Shown here: positions 38,943 through 47,899 of the stretch, one piece after another | How the letters are laid out: the number at the start of each line of letters is the position of its first letter | Numbering within the stretch: the stretch's first letter is position 1 | Origin: Aeromicrobium sp. | GTDB taxonomy: Bacteria; Actinomycetota; Actinomycetes; Propionibacteriales; Nocardioidaceae | Reading direction: 5' to 3' | Assembly: GCA_040394025.1 (NCBI GenBank) | Contig: JBEBSZ010000004.1 | Location: forward strand, 38,492 to 102,491 | DNA: 64,000 nucleotides | The notes under the pieces: generated by a model | Database searches by the model: none | What the model was told of the DNA's origin: nothing | Seen by the model: the letters and a program-made list of their open reading frames with translations, nothing else | Position numbers and translations under genes: made by a program

Positions 38943-39493
38943 CTACTGCACTCGTCGTTGTTGATGTACAAAACGATTTTTGTGAAGGTGGTTCGCTCGC
39001 CGTCAACGGAGGCGCTGCCGTCGCCGAGCACATTGCCGAGCTGATTGCTAGCGGTCGATATGAGACGGTCGTGGCTACTCGCGATCACCACATCGATCCG
39101 GGCTCTCATTTCTCCGACAATCCTGATTACGTCGATTCTTGGCCGCGGCACTGTGTTGCAGGGACGCCCGGTGCTGAACTACACGAACCTCTGGAGAACA
39201 CAATGTTTGCCGCGATCTTCGACAAGGGCGAGTACGAGGCCGCTTACTCAGGCTTTGAGGGCAGAAGCAGTGAAGGCGTACCCATGGCGGACTGGCTCAA
39301 AGAACTCGGAATCAAACAGATCGACGTCTGCGGTATCGCGACGGACCACTGTGTGCGCGCCACTGCGCTCGATGGGGCACGCGAAGGTCTCAAAGTTCGG
39401 GTATTGAGCAATCTGGTCGCCGCAGTCACGCCAAGCAATGTGCCAACAGTCGTAAGTGAACTCGAGGCGGCTGGCATTGAGGTGTCACTCTAA
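38939..39493 (+). CDS. pncA: Nicotinamidase/pyrazinamidase (isochorismatase family)
   Basis: ALVVVDVQNDFCEGGSLAV, and DVCGIATDHCV (catalytic Cys). 4-nt overlap with pncB. Confidence 0.9.
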   Translation: MTTALVVVDVQNDFCEGGSLAVNGGAAVAEHIAELIASGRYETVVATRDHHIDPGSHFSDNPDYVDSWPRHCVAGTPGAELHEPLENTMFAAIFDKGEYEAAYSGFEGRSSEGVPMADWLKELGIKQIDVCGIATDHCVRATALDGAREGLKVRVLSNLVAAVTPSNVPTVVSELEAAGIEVSL

Positions 39494-39516
39494 ACACCCC
39501 ATGCGCAGCAAACCCA

Positions 39517-40554
39517 CTAGGCGAAAGCTTCAGCGACAAGTTCGAGCGTGCGGATTCGCCCGGGGTTAGTCGCCGGATCGTCTGCACGTCTGGCTGAAGC
39601 GACAGGATGCAACATGATCTCGTCCACACCGAATTCATCTGCGAGCATCTGGAGACGCTCGCGCGCTTGTTCACCGGTACCGACGACAGCGCGTCTGAGT
39701 CCCTTGTCGACAACGCCCTCAAGCCCTAGGCCGAGATCGAGTGCGAGTGCGTCTTCCACCAGATCTACAGGTCCCATCGGCATACCTGTCACGAGCCGTG
39801 CCATGTTTTGTGCATTTGGAGTAGCCAGTTCGAATGCTTCATCTTCCGTGTCGGCAACGACAATGTTCACGGTCAAGAACGTCGTTGGCTCAGCACACCA
39901 TTGGCTGGGTCGGAACTCGTTTCGATACGTTTCAAGTGCCGCAGCGGTACCTTCGCCAGAGAAATGGTGTGCGAAGACATATGGTAGGCCCTTATCGGCC
40001 GCCAGATGTGAGGAGTAGGCCGACGAGCCGAGCAGCCACAGTTGTGGGAGGCTCTGAGCTGCAGGCGTGGCTTTGATTGTGTAATTCTGGCCGGATATCG
40101 GGACGGTGAAACCCCGCTCTCCCATCATCGACATGAGGTCGTCCAGATATTGCGGGAACTTGAGGATGTCTTCTTGTCCTCGGCCCGCGCCGCTACGCAA
40201 TGCCCACGCGGTTACTGGATCGCTGCCTGGTGCACGGCCGATCCCCAGATCGATCCGACCAGGATGTGCTGCTTCCAACATGGCGAACTGTTCAGCAACA
40301 GCCAAGGGCGCATGGTTCGGCAGCATGACACCGCCTGAACCGAGGCGAATACGCTCCGTGTACGCAGCCAAGTGTGCGATAAGTACGGGTGGTGTGGTGG
40401 CTGCCACCGCTGGCATGTTGTGATGCTCGGCTACCCAATAGCGTTCAAAACCCAAACGATCAGCGGCTTGAGCCAAGCTCACGCTTGCGGCAAGGGCATC
40501 AGCCGTGTTTTGGTTGCTACGGACAGGGACGAGATCAAGAACCGAAAACTTCAC
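39517..40554 (-). CDS. LLM-class (luciferase-like) flavin-dependent oxidoreductase
   Basis: MKFSVLDLVP...GFERYWVAEHHNMP..LGSGGVMLPNHAPL. Confidence 0.9.
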   Translation of the reverse strand: MKFSVLDLVPVRSNQNTADALAASVSLAQAADRLGFERYWVAEHHNMPAVAATTPPVLIAHLAAYTERIRLGSGGVMLPNHAPLAVAEQFAMLEAAHPGRIDLGIGRAPGSDPVTAWALRSGAGRGQEDILKFPQYLDDLMSMMGERGFTVPISGQNYTIKATPAAQSLPQLWLLGSSAYSSHLAADKGLPYVFAHHFSGEGTAAALETYRNEFRPSQWCAEPTTFLTVNIVVADTEDEAFELATPNAQNMARLVTGMPMGPVDLVEDALALDLGLGLEGVVDKGLRRAVVGTGEQARERLQMLADEFGVDEIMLHPVASARRADDPATNPGRIRTLELVAEAFA

Positions 40555-40703
40555 ATCCCCGTCAACGCTCGGGCCCCGAACTTTGTTCCACCTCTTCCGA
40601 TCTCACCAGCTTCGCACCACCACGGCAATTTTGATTAATGAGTCGACCGAAACAGCTTGTGGAGAACCTGTTCGCACTAGATATCTCAACCTATACTCAA
40701 GGT

Positions 40704-40958
40704 ATGACGATGGACTCTGCAGAAATCGAAGAAGCGTTACTCGCCCTAGACACTCGCCAGCGTGCTGCAGTTATCCGTCACGCCTTACAAACCCTAGACC
40801 CTAAAGACACCAGTTCTTCTCAAGCCGAAATCGATACCGCTTGGCGTGAGGAGTTCGTTCGAAGACTCGGTGCATTGAATACCGGCCAAGTCACACCGAT
40901 TCCACTAGATGAAGGATTTGCCCAAGCTCGCGCCGCGATCGCCGCAATTCACACGTGA
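40704..40958 (+). CDS. Addiction-module antitoxin component (TIGR02574-like)
   Basis: MTMDSAEIEEALLALDTRQRAAVIRHALQTLD...EIDTAWREEFVRRL. Its stop forms a GTGA overlap with the toxin start. Confidence 0.7.
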   Translation: MTMDSAEIEEALLALDTRQRAAVIRHALQTLDPKDTSSSQAEIDTAWREEFVRRLGALNTGQVTPIPLDEGFAQARAAIAAIHT

Positions 40959-41265
40959 CACTCTCATATGTCAATCTTCCGGAAGCACAAGCAGAATTAA
41001 TCGAAGCTGCTGTCTGGTATGAAAGCCAGCAGATGGGTTTGGGTTCCGATTTCCTTGCGGCAGCTGAATCTGCACTAGCGAGAATAATGGTTCGGCCGTA
41101 CCTTTCGCCGCTCGTACCTGATTGGAATCAAGAACCAGAACTTCGCTCGCAGAGTTTTGAAGTTTTCCCCTATCGGTCATCTTTAGCATGTCTGATAATC
41201 GGATTGCAGTCGTTGCGTACATGCATAGTCGCCGCCTGCCCGGGTACTGGAAAAGCCGACTGTGA
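40955..41265 (+). pseudogene. ParE/RelE-family toxin interrupted by a 1-nt frameshift near 41174-41176
   Basis: Frame 1 gives a ParE-like N-terminal part up to ...LRSQSFEVFPYR, then non-homologous sequence to 41326. Shifting one base at about 41176 gives VIFSMSDNRIAVVAYMHSRRLPGYWKSRL* (stop 41263-41265), a typical RelE/ParE C-terminus. Confidence 0.7.
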
Positions 41266-41332
41266 AGACAAGACACTTACGCCCCTGAAGGGCCCGAGAC
41301 AGGCTATGGGAATCATGCAACGTTAAGAGGGG

Positions 41333-42319
41333 TTAACGCGGGATGACGATGTGGTTGGCGATCACTTCAGCGATGTCGGTCGAGGCTTGCTTCGCGGCAG
41401 GAACAACGCCCGGCAAACTCAAGAACCCGTGCACGGCCTTCGAGTACTCACGATATTCGACCTTTACTCCTGCTTTGCGCAACGTTTCTCGGTAAATAAT
41501 TCCGTTATCGAGCAACGGGTCACGATCTGCGGTAACGATCAGAGCAGGCGGTAGATCCGCGTGTGACTCTGCCCGCAGCGGCGAGGCCATCCAACTGGAA
41601 TCACCATAGGCATCACCCATATAGAGCCGGGCGAAAGTGTCCATAGATTCCGACGTCAATACGGGCTCGTTCGGCATCCGCAGTTCAGAACTGAACTTTT
41701 GGTACATATCGACTGAGGGATACAGAAGCACCTGCAAACGGATATGAGGGACGTTTCGGGCACGAGAACCTGCCGCCAGCGCATCGCGCGCACGAAGAGC
41801 CGCAATCGCAGCAAGATTGCCCCCTGCACTGTCGCCCATGACCGCGAGTCGATTGGGATCAATATTGAACCGTTCCGCGTTCTCGACCAGCCACACCAGC
41901 GTGTCCCAACTGTCTTCAACAGCTGCCGGCCACGGGTGTTCAGGTGCGAGACGATAACTGGGTGCGATCACCACAGCACCGGTGAGCGCCGCAACTTGGC
42001 CGCTGATCCAGCGTGATTGTTCGGGGCTACCCTGCACCCAGCCGCCACCGTGAAAGTTCACGACAACAGGCCGCACGCCGCCTACACCCGTTGGTCGAAA
42101 TACCAGCGCCCGCAATGCTCGACCCGCAAGCGGGATATCAACCATTTCAACCGACACCCGGCGATCAACATCGCCAAAAAGATATTTACCCGCGCGACTC
42201 TCAATAAGTTCTTGACGTTCTCGCCGATGGCTGAGGAAGTCGGTGATCTCCGAGATCGGTGCAGACAAACGCGCTTGCACGGAAGCAACCGCTCGCGTCT
42301 TCAGAGTGAGCCCGCTCAT
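41333..42319 (-). CDS. Alpha/beta hydrolase, hormone-sensitive-lipase-type esterase
   Basis: Oxyanion HGGGW and nucleophile GDSAGG. Confidence 0.9.
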   Translation of the reverse strand: MSGLTLKTRAVASVQARLSAPISEITDFLSHRRERQELIESRAGKYLFGDVDRRVSVEMVDIPLAGRALRALVFRPTGVGGVRPVVVNFHGGGWVQGSPEQSRWISGQVAALTGAVVIAPSYRLAPEHPWPAAVEDSWDTLVWLVENAERFNIDPNRLAVMGDSAGGNLAAIAALRARDALAAGSRARNVPHIRLQVLLYPSVDMYQKFSSELRMPNEPVLTSESMDTFARLYMGDAYGDSSWMASPLRAESHADLPPALIVTADRDPLLDNGIIYRETLRKAGVKVEYREYSKAVHGFLSLPGVVPAAKQASTDIAEVIANHIVIPR

Positions 42320-42377
42320 GTTGTCTGCCTTTCTGGAACTGTTCGGTGTATCTCACTTGGGGTGTAGTTAACCGTCG

Positions 42378-44063
42378 TCACCCGGACGCCTTGAGCGCCC
42401 ATTCTCGGATCGTAGCAATGCGGTACGAGAGTTGCTCGGTTGTTGCTTGGGCTGCTGGGGGGCCACCACATGATGAGCGGAGCCGTGCATGCGTGACACC
42501 GTGTGGAGCGCCGGTGCGGTGATGCCATGCAGCGACGAGCGCATTGAGTTCTCGGCGTAACTCCGAGCGGCGCGCGTGCAGCACATCTGCTTCGGCTTCA
42601 CGAGTGGCTGTGGCAGTCTTCTTTTTCTTGCCTCGTGCTGCCCGCAACAATTCGGCCACTTGGTCAGGTTCCAATAGACCTGGAATCCCGAGAAAGTCGA
42701 GTTCTTCGGCATCGTCGCTGATGTGATCGTATCCGAATTCACCGCCGTCGTAGACCACACGGTCAAAGGACGCTTCACTTCCTAGAGCAGCGAAATCGCC
42801 GTCACCGTCTGGCACATCGCGTTCGGCGTTTGCGCGCGCCAAAAGTTCGGCTTCAGCGGCGAAGAGATTGTCCGCGTCTTTGATGGGTCGACCGATGACA
42901 TGATCTCGTTCGGCCTCAAGTTCAGCAGCGTGTTTTAAAAGCACGGGAACACTCGGCAGGAAAATCGACGCGGTTTCACCCTTACGTCGAGCCCGCACAA
43001 ACCGCCCCACCGCTTGGGCAAAGAACAGGGGTGTGGTGGTGGTTGTGGCGTAGACACCCACAGCCAATCGCGGCACATCGACGCCTTCAGATACCATGCG
43101 CACGGCGACCATCCAAGGAGATGAGCCCTCGCTGAATTCGGTAATTTTCTTGCTTGATCCAGCTTCATCAGACAGCACCAAGGTCGGTTCTGCACCGGTC
43201 AAAGCACGGAGCATCGCAGCGTAAGCTCGTGCTTGAGTCTGGTCACTAGCGATGACCAGTCCCCCAGCATCGTTGATGTCGCGGCGAACTTCCAATAGTC
43301 GAGTGTGCGCAGCTTCCAATACAGCCGGCATCCATGAGCCCTTGGGGTCGAGTGCGGTACGCAGCGCTTGGGCGGCTAAATCTCTGGTGAGTGGCTCGCC
43401 AAGCCTTGCGGCGATTTCGTCGCCAGCACGGGTCCGCCACTGCATTTCGCCCGAGTAAGCCATGAACAGCACTGGTCGAACTACGCCGTCACGCAGCGCG
43501 TCACCGTAGCCGTAAGAGTGATCGCTCAAACTCATCACAGTTCCGTCACCTTGAGGCGCATACGTGACGAACGGGATGGGGTTGTCATCCGACCGAAACG
43601 GCGTGCCGGTGAGAGCGAGTCGTCGGCGTGCCGGTTCGCATGCTTCCTGCACTGCGTCCCCCCAACTCAGCGCATCGGCAGCATGGTGGATTTCATCCAG
43701 CACCACGAGCGTGCGGTTGCGTTCGATCCGCACACGATGTCCGGTGGGGTTCGCTGCCAAGCCTGCATAGGTCACGGCATAACCATCGAATCCTTGCGGC
43801 AAAGCACCGGTGAGTTCAGGAACGATGGAAATACCCATCGCAGCCGCCGATTCGGCCCACTGAACTTTAAGATGTTCGGTCGGCGCAACGATGACAACTC
43901 GATCGATAATCCGACGATGAAAAAGGTCGGCTGCGATCGTCAATGCGAAGGTAGTTTTACCTGCGCCAGGCGTGGCAACAGCGAGAAAATCACGCGGCTG
44001 GGCGGCCGTGTACTTCTCGAATGCTGCGCGCTGCCAGGCTCTAAGGGACTGGCTGCGGCTCAC
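42378..44063 (-). CDS. DEAD/DEAH-box (SF2, ERCC3/Ssl2-like) helicase
   Basis: Walker A ATPGAGKTTFA, DExH VLDEIHHA and motif VI-like QAVGRFVRA. 4-nt overlap with the upstream DUF3039 gene. Confidence 0.85.
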   Translation of the reverse strand: MSRSQSLRAWQRAAFEKYTAAQPRDFLAVATPGAGKTTFALTIAADLFHRRIIDRVVIVAPTEHLKVQWAESAAAMGISIVPELTGALPQGFDGYAVTYAGLAANPTGHRVRIERNRTLVVLDEIHHAADALSWGDAVQEACEPARRRLALTGTPFRSDDNPIPFVTYAPQGDGTVMSLSDHSYGYGDALRDGVVRPVLFMAYSGEMQWRTRAGDEIAARLGEPLTRDLAAQALRTALDPKGSWMPAVLEAAHTRLLEVRRDINDAGGLVIASDQTQARAYAAMLRALTGAEPTLVLSDEAGSSKKITEFSEGSSPWMVAVRMVSEGVDVPRLAVGVYATTTTTPLFFAQAVGRFVRARRKGETASIFLPSVPVLLKHAAELEAERDHVIGRPIKDADNLFAAEAELLARANAERDVPDGDGDFAALGSEASFDRVVYDGGEFGYDHISDDAEELDFLGIPGLLEPDQVAELLRAARGKKKKTATATREAEADVLHARRSELRRELNALVAAWHHRTGAPHGVTHARLRSSCGGPPAAQATTEQLSYRIATIREWALKASG

Positions 44064-44326
44064 GAGTCTGGATCGTCTCCCTCGTCGCCCGGCTCAAAAT
44101 TTTCCCAAATATCTTTGCATTCAGGGCAGACGGGGAACCGCTGCGGATCTCGACTGGGAACCCACACTTTTCCGCACAATGCAATGACGGGCGTGCCCAT
44201 CACCATGGCCTCGGTGAGCTTTTCTTTCGGCACATAATGGCTAAATCGTTCGTGGTCGCCGTGGTCTAAGCGCTCGTCAGTGCGCTCGTCATGAACTGTT
44301 TGAGTACCGCGTCCAAAGAATCCCAC
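44060..44326 (-). CDS. DUF3039 zinc-ribbon-like protein
   Basis: FSHYVPKEKLTEAMVMGTPVIALCGKVWVPSRDPQRFPVCPECKDIW. Confidence 0.8.
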   Translation of the reverse strand: MGFFGRGTQTVHDERTDERLDHGDHERFSHYVPKEKLTEAMVMGTPVIALCGKVWVPSRDPQRFPVCPECKDIWENFEPGDEGDDPDS

Positions 44327-44343
44327 AGCGCCATCCTAAGCCG

Positions 44344-44892
44344 TCAGTTGTCACTAATCACTTCAGGCAAGGTAGCCCAGAAGCGCGTGTCACCAGGTTG
44401 ACGGCGTAGCACCTCTCGCCACAGCGTTTCTGGCCTCTGATGCATGAGATCTGATTCCAATGCAGGCAGTACAAACCAGGCACCTTCGGTAATTTCGGCT
44501 TCGAGTTGTCCAGGCGACCAACCTGCATATCCGGCGTAGAGGCGCAGTCCGTCAAAATCTCCAGAAGCAGGAATCGGCCCATCGAGGTCGACGATTCCGA
44601 TACGTCCGTTAGCTGGCTGCCAGCCAGTAGGTGCGGTTCCGACATGCGCGATGCCTACGGCGATAGCCGAGTTGGAATCCACAGGCCCTCCTAGGAAAAG
44701 GTGGCCCGGTGCATCAACTGAATCGCTCCATTCGGGGAACACAGAGTCGAGGTCGGATTCGAGCGGACAATTCAGGATGATGCCGAGCGCCCCTTGTTCG
44801 TCCGCGTCCAGAAGATAAATGACGCTACGGAAGAAGGGTGGTTCTTCGATGCTCGAGGATGCCACGAGCAGTTGGCCCCGCAAGTTGCTCAT
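44344..44892 (-). CDS. YqgE/AlgH family (UPF0301) protein
   Basis: LRGQLLVASSSIEEPPFFRSVIYLLDADEQGALGIILN, YAGYAGWSPGQLEAE. ATG 44892 was chosen. Confidence 0.85.
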   Translation of the reverse strand: MSNLRGQLLVASSSIEEPPFFRSVIYLLDADEQGALGIILNCPLESDLDSVFPEWSDSVDAPGHLFLGGPVDSNSAIAVGIAHVGTAPTGWQPANGRIGIVDLDGPIPASGDFDGLRLYAGYAGWSPGQLEAEITEGAWFVLPALESDLMHQRPETLWREVLRRQPGDTRFWATLPEVISDN

Positions 44893-44941
44893 ACACCTAT
44901 CATGCACCGGATGGGCTAGCGAGTCATTTAGACTGCGGATC

Positions 44942-45682
44942 ATGCGCACGGTTCAGGAAGAAGAGTTCACCGTTGACGAATTGGCTGCCAAAGCCAATAT
45001 GACCGTTCGCAATGTGCGTGCGTACACGACTAGAGGATTGATTGACCCACCCCGACTTGCCGGCCGGACGGGCTATTATTCCGAATCGCATCTCAAACGT
45101 CTCCTCTTGATTCGTTCTTTACTTGATCGTGGTTTCACGCTGGCTGCAGTTGAGAATGCGCTCACGGGAACGCCTGTTGGTGTCCCCGATCTCGCTTTGG
45201 ATCTCATTAGTCTTTTTGAGGTTTCCGATCTCGAACCGGAACCACAAAAGTTGTCGCGTGCCGAATTCGACGAGATGACTGGCGAGCAAGTAAGTGATCG
45301 GGATCTGGAACGCTTATCGGATTTGGAATTGATCCGGGTCGAGGATAACTCCATTCTGATTCTGGTGCCCGAGGTGGTGCGGCCAGGCATTTCCGCACTC
45401 GCGTTGGGGCTCTCGCCCGATACGGTTATTTCGATTGCGTACGTGCAGCGTCAACATCTTCGTAATATTGCTGCCGATACAGTCCGTCGGGTTTCCGAGG
45501 AACTAGTTCAGCCTCTATTGGATTCAGGGCTACCTGAATCCGAGACCATGGAGGTATTACAAAAGGTCGAGGCAATGATTCCGATTTCGAGTCAATCAGT
45601 TTTGGGCCAGTTCAAATCAGAGTTGCGTAAAGCTATCGAGACTGAAATCGTCGACAAGCTTCAGGATCTCAACCAGTCCTAA
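44942..45682 (+). CDS. MerR-family transcriptional regulator
   Basis: FTVDELAAKANMTVRNVRAYTTRGLIDPP..GYYSESHLKRLLLIRSL. ATG 44942 was chosen. Confidence 0.85.
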   Translation: MRTVQEEEFTVDELAAKANMTVRNVRAYTTRGLIDPPRLAGRTGYYSESHLKRLLLIRSLLDRGFTLAAVENALTGTPVGVPDLALDLISLFEVSDLEPEPQKLSRAEFDEMTGEQVSDRDLERLSDLELIRVEDNSILILVPEVVRPGISALALGLSPDTVISIAYVQRQHLRNIAADTVRRVSEELVQPLLDSGLPESETMEVLQKVEAMIPISSQSVLGQFKSELRKAIETEIVDKLQDLNQS

Positions 45683-45694
45683 ATCGCGAAGGTG

Positions 45695-46720
45695 TCAATT
45701 GAATGACACCGAGGCAATGCCGTCGTTGACTAACTCAATCCATGTCTTCCCGACGGGCATCCTCACGTCCTGTCCGTTCTCATCTTTCAACACGATGGTG
45801 GACGAGGTATCGGTTTTCGACCACGTTCCGGTGGAGTAGACCTCGCCATCGAAGAGTTCGTATTTGCCTTCGCCTGCGAAATAGGTTTCAGGTACCGGCG
45901 AACCGGCAGGATCGCGATAGCCCGCGTCGCGTTGGGGCGCATACATCACGATGAGGTTTTCAGCCCCAAACTCTGGCTGACTGGTGCCGTTTGTGCGCTT
46001 CCACAGGCCGTCAGTGAGCTCCCAGCGAGTTGTGTGTGAGCGCGAGAACTGCACGGCGACTTCTTTCGCGGTCTTCGTTTCGACCGGGGCAGTTGGTTCG
46101 GTACCATCCGAACCGTCAGGGCTAAGGTTTGAGTCGATTTCACCCTCGTTATCCCACTGAAAATACGGCTTGCTTGGTCCTGATCCTTGAGCACTGCTGG
46201 CAAGCGCCTTCACATCAAGCAGGACGTTGTAAGGTGCATAGCCGGGACCGCGCCGGAACCCCGTCGAGCCCGCGTCATGACTGTGAATCTTGATTCCGGC
46301 CTTGCCAATGCGTTTGATGGTGACCCCAGCACCTCCGGAAGCCGCAAGTTGCCCATTGGTCGGCTTCACAATGCCGATGTCGGTGGCACGCATAGAGCGC
46401 ACGTGGCCGACTTCGGTGGGGAGGTTGGTCCAATACATGACCGCGAGTCGCGTGACGCCACCCTCTACCGTTTGTTCCACCACGAGGTCGGCTTTGTCGA
46501 TTCCGGTTTGTGGCGCTGAAGGTCGGGTGTTGTCAATTTTAACGACGAAAACAGGGTTTTCTGGCTCACCGGCATTAAGAACCGTGCCCGTCAGCGGATT
46601 GACCTGCGTGATCGTGGTTTCGTCGCCGATATTTGCTGGATCTTGATCTTCTGTTTTGCTCCCACAGGCGCTAAGGGCAAGCGTCAACACAGCGATAAGC
46701 GCGACAACACGAATCTTCAT
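45695..46720 (-). CDS. DUF3048-family lipoprotein
   Basis: Lipobox LALSAC/GS, and VVKIDNTRPSAPQTGIDKADLVVEQTVEGGVTRL. Confidence 0.75.
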   Translation of the reverse strand: MKIRVVALIAVLTLALSACGSKTEDQDPANIGDETTITQVNPLTGTVLNAGEPENPVFVVKIDNTRPSAPQTGIDKADLVVEQTVEGGVTRLAVMYWTNLPTEVGHVRSMRATDIGIVKPTNGQLAASGGAGVTIKRIGKAGIKIHSHDAGSTGFRRGPGYAPYNVLLDVKALASSAQGSGPSKPYFQWDNEGEIDSNLSPDGSDGTEPTAPVETKTAKEVAVQFSRSHTTRWELTDGLWKRTNGTSQPEFGAENLIVMYAPQRDAGYRDPAGSPVPETYFAGEGKYELFDGEVYSTGTWSKTDTSSTIVLKDENGQDVRMPVGKTWIELVNDGIASVSFN

Positions 46721-46770
46721 TCCTCAAGCATGCACAGTTGAGGTTCAGGTTCGTCGTACCGATGGGGGTG

Positions 46771-47805
46771 TCAGCCACTTTCTCTTGCTCGAAGTTGTTC
46801 TGCTGCCCGACTGGCATGGGCTGGTGCGATTTGAATACCCCAACCGCCTTGGCCCACAAACCAGAAAAAGCCTTCGTGTTCGGCATCAAATGTCGCAATC
46901 GGATCACCGCTGGGCGTAAACGTGCGCTGGCCTGCCCAAGAGGTTCGCACGCTCCTAATTCCCAGAACCGTAGTCTCGTTGATCGCATCGATGGCTCGGG
47001 CGATCTCAAGTTCATCGGGTTTTGGGTCGCCCGGTTCTTGCAAGTCGGCGTCAACCGGCGAACACAGCACACCGTCGCCCTCCGGTTTAACGTAGAACGC
47101 CTCATCAATTGTGATGGTGAACGGGAACTTTCCCACCGGTTCGCGCGGAGTCGATTGGAAAATACTGCGTCGGCGCGGCTGAAGTCCGACTGATTTCACA
47201 CCGGAAGCGTTCGCTACCTGATCGCCCCACGCTCCGGCGGCATTCACGAGCAGAGGCGCTTCATACTGACCATCCGGGGCTTGCACACGCCAAATTCCTT
47301 TGTGCCGTTTCGCGCTTATTAGTGGGGCTCTGGTTTGGACGAGCCCGCCGCGGGCCTTGTACGCCCGCATATAGGCGTGGTGTAGTCCTGCAACGTCGAG
47401 ATCAAGTGCGCGCGCATCGTAAACCGCTGCTGACACAAGACCAGGGCGAAGTACGGGACATAGCTCTTCGGCTTGGGTCCCGTCGATGAGTTCGACTTTA
47501 GGTGTGCGCGCAAGCCGTTCGAGTTCCGCTTCTGAACCCGGAACACCAAGCCACAAACAACCCATAGCTTGCGTTAGCGGGCCGTCCGTATCAATCGGTG
47601 GACTAAGGAACCATTCAAGGCTCGCTTCCGTCAGTTCACGGACCACGGGCGGCCCATATGAATCGATCCACGTCGCCGCAGATCGTCCTGTGGTTTGGCT
47701 AGCAACGCTGTTTTGCGCCTCTAAAAGAATGACGTTTCTGTCGGCTGCAAGTTCATAGGCAATCGAGGCGCCGGCAATGCCGCCGCCAATCACGATGGCG
47801 TCCAT
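46771..47805 (-). CDS. FAD-dependent oxidoreductase (DAO/glycine oxidase-like)
   Basis: MDAIVIGGGIAGASIAYELA. Confidence 0.85.
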   Translation of the reverse strand: MDAIVIGGGIAGASIAYELAADRNVILLEAQNSVASQTTGRSAATWIDSYGPPVVRELTEASLEWFLSPPIDTDGPLTQAMGCLWLGVPGSEAELERLARTPKVELIDGTQAEELCPVLRPGLVSAAVYDARALDLDVAGLHHAYMRAYKARGGLVQTRAPLISAKRHKGIWRVQAPDGQYEAPLLVNAAGAWGDQVANASGVKSVGLQPRRRSIFQSTPREPVGKFPFTITIDEAFYVKPEGDGVLCSPVDADLQEPGDPKPDELEIARAIDAINETTVLGIRSVRTSWAGQRTFTPSGDPIATFDAEHEGFFWFVGQGGWGIQIAPAHASRAAEQLRARESG

Positions 47806-47899
47806 GCTCCATCATGACTCGAACTTGCCGGTATCGCTTGGTAATCGAGGATGTTGTCGACGAGTGATTATTTCCGCCCCGAGCTAGGCTGCGCTCGGT

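Noticed and set aside
43518-44237. 239-aa plus-strand ORF
   Set aside because: It is antisense to the helicase and DUF3039 genes, with an Arg/Cys/His-rich non-protein-like translation.
42378-44326. SF2 helicase plus small zinc-ribbon protein as a possible phage-defence pair
   Set aside because: The DUF3039-helicase pair is, to my knowledge, a conserved core actinobacterial arrangement. It is surrounded here by housekeeping genes, with no nuclease, methylase or other effector partner.
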